A stretch of DNA of 64,000 bases from Bacilli bacterium. Lineage in GTDB: Bacteria; Bacillota_I; Bacilli_A; RFN20; CAG-826. Shown here one piece after another: positions 62,378 to 64,000 of this stretch. Below the pieces are notes generated by a model. It saw nothing but the letters and a program-made list of their open reading frames with translations, was not told the DNA's origin and did no database searches. Position 1 is the stretch's first letter; the number at the start of each line of letters is the position of its first letter. Where the stretch lies: positions 262 through 64,261 of the forward strand of contig JAZQVN010000035.1 of assembly GCA_045631885.1 (NCBI GenBank), in the 5' to 3' direction. The position numbers were made by a program, and so were the translations under genes.

Positions 62378-63484
62378 TTGTATAATGGTAGTTGCATGAA
62401 AGTTTTAATTGTTTTCAATCATCCTGCTCCATATAAAATCAGGCTATTTAATGAATTAGCTAAATATTTTGATTTGGAAGTGATTTTTGAAAGAGAAAAA
62501 GCCTCTGATAGACCCGATGCTTTTTATAATATAAAAGATTTCAATTTTAAGTACACAATCTTAAAGCACGGTGCTTTTTATAAAGAGAATTCTTGGAGCG
62601 GTGAATTAACTAAGATAATCAAAGAAAGACACCAAGAATTTGATTTGATTATCATGAATGGCTATAGCAAAATTGCCGAATTAAGAGCAATTCGCTACAT
62701 GAATAAACACAATATTCCTTTCGTTTTATATATCAACGGGGGAATTATAAAAAAAGAATCTTCTTTTAAGAAGAAATATAAAACTAAATATATCTCCACC
62801 GCTAAATACTATTTCTCACCATGCGACGAAGCTGATGAATACTTAAGACATTATGGCGCGGTTCAAGATAAGATTTTTCACTACGTCTATAGCACGGTTT
62901 ATGAAAAAGATATTATAGAAAAACCTTTAACCGCCAAAGAGAAAAGCGAACTTAGAGAAAAATATGGTTTGCCATCAGGCCCACTATTTATTTCTGCTTC
63001 GCAGTTTATTAAAAGAAAGAATAACACTCAATTAATTGATTGCTTTAAAGATTTAGATGCAAAATTGCTTCTCGTCGGAGAAGGAAAACAAAAAGAAGAA
63101 TATGAACAGATTATCAGAGATAATAACCAAAGTAATGTCATCATCAGACCTTTTGAAAAGAGAGATGCTTTATTTGAACTAATGAAAGCTTGTGATGGTT
63201 TCATCACATTGTCGCAAGAAGATATTTATGGACACACCACTAATGAGGCTATGGCGATGGGTTTACCTGTTTTATCTTCAGATAAAGTGATCGGTTCTAG
63301 ACACCTGATCAAAGATGGTGAAAATGGATTTATAGTTGAATTATCAGAAAATAATGTGATAAAAAATAAGATAAACAATTTAAAAAACTGTTTATCTCAA
63401 AATTCTATTAACACCGCGAAAGAAAATACAATCGAATTGATGGTTAAATCAATGGTCGATATTATAAAGAAGGCTAGTGAATGA
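62378..63484 (+). CDS. GT4-family glycosyltransferase
   Basis: 368 aa. C-terminal EX7E-type motif (EDIYGHTTNEAMAMGLPV). Confidence 0.75.
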   Translation: MYNGSCMKVLIVFNHPAPYKIRLFNELAKYFDLEVIFEREKASDRPDAFYNIKDFNFKYTILKHGAFYKENSWSGELTKIIKERHQEFDLIIMNGYSKIAELRAIRYMNKHNIPFVLYINGGIIKKESSFKKKYKTKYISTAKYYFSPCDEADEYLRHYGAVQDKIFHYVYSTVYEKDIIEKPLTAKEKSELREKYGLPSGPLFISASQFIKRKNNTQLIDCFKDLDAKLLLVGEGKQKEEYEQIIRDNNQSNVIIRPFEKRDALFELMKACDGFITLSQEDIYGHTTNEAMAMGLPVLSSDKVIGSRHLIKDGENGFIVELSENNVIKNKINNLKNCLSQNSINTAKENTIELMVKSMVDIIKKASE

Positions 63485-64000
63485 AAATAATCTATGTCAC
63501 AACATCAATAGAAGAAAACGATTACATTGAATTTAATAAGCAATGGAAAGTTTCTCTTAATCCATCGAATCAAAACTTCCATAACAAGATGATTCGTGCT
63601 TTAAGCATCAATAATGAAGTTGATGTCATTTCCATTCGCCCATTTTCCAAAACTAAATGCAATCTCTTCCACTTAAAAGCGGAAGAAAAGAAATATGGCA
63701 ATATCACATATCACTATTTAAAGATTAAAAGAACAGGAATTCTTAGAGTCTGGTCTTTGAAAAGACAAGTTAAAGACTTATTTGAAAAAGAAGATTTATC
63801 AAAAACAATTGTCGTCGCAGATACGATTAATCCAAAGTGTGTTTATATCGCTAATCACATTAAGAAATTATTTAACTGTCAAGTAATTGGCATCTGTACT
63901 GACTCTCCATCTAACATTACCGGAACAAATAGATCCTATACGATGTTCCTACTCCGTCAATGTCAAAAGATGGATGGTTTTGTCACATTAACAGAAGGAT
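63481..64000 (+). CDS. Glycosyltransferase-like protein, 5' part (runs off the window end)
   Basis: The ATG at 63481 overlaps the previous stop (ATGA). Open for 173 codons to the window edge. GT4-N-terminal-domain-like. Confidence 0.45.
   Translation, partial: MKIIYVTTSIEENDYIEFNKQWKVSLNPSNQNFHNKMIRALSINNEVDVISIRPFSKTKCNLFHLKAEEKKYGNITYHYLKIKRTGILRVWSLKRQVKDLFEKEDLSKTIVVADTINPKCVYIANHIKKLFNCQVIGICTDSPSNITGTNRSYTMFLLRQCQKMDGFVTLTEG

Overview
This is a low-GC window (about 32-35% GC) from a Firmicutes-type chromosome, by gene content and order probably an Erysipelotrichia-, Clostridia- or Mollicutes-related organism. It is mostly core housekeeping loci with small accessory insertions between them. 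Housekeeping blocks: (i) the rif/L11 region on the minus strand, rpmG-secE-nusG // rplK-rplA-rplJ-rplL-ybxB-rpoB (rpoB runs off the window start). A plus-strand Trk/Ktr K+ uptake pair plus a membrane protein sits between nusG and rplK. (ii) smpB-folC-folT-like and three secreted or small membrane proteins. (iii) a sirtuin and a HAD hydrolase. (iv) CarD-like and TetR regulators followed by a GH36-like / UgtP-MGDG-synthase-like GT / galK / galT operon. (v) a YhhQ-family transporter, an SDR plus IspD/TarI-like cytidylyltransferase, and HAD and alpha/beta hydrolases. (vi) glnS. (vii) an Rnf complex operon rnfCDGEA with an atypical two-piece mini-RnfB, followed by ApbE, a NusG-II-like protein, a Gx transporter and a HAD hydrolase. 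(viii) a divergently transcribed trio of a stand-alone carrier protein, an ANL adenylating enzyme and a divergent LPLAT-like acyltransferase, which I consider the most interesting candidate system. (ix) a small islet containing a truncated IS200/IS605 tnpA remnant with hairpin ends, a zinc-ribbon membrane protein, an XRE regulator and a basic 117-aa protein, lying next to tRNA-Ala(GGC), followed by a QxxRW-type GT2 synthase enclosed by tRNA-Ala and tRNA-Arg(CCT). (x) a lysophospholipase-like hydrolase, galE, gatCAB, ligA, pcrA. (xi) a thioredoxin-motif lipoprotein and three membrane proteins. (xii) asnS, tsaD-rimI-tsaB-tsaE, a DUF402 protein and a hypothetical membrane protein. (xiii) a clear TPP riboswitch upstream of a ThiT-like transporter with an extra C-terminal membrane domain, then ung and two GT4 glycosyltransferases (the last partial). 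No CRISPR array and no intact mobile element were seen. All calls come from reading the translations and the DNA; no database searches were run.
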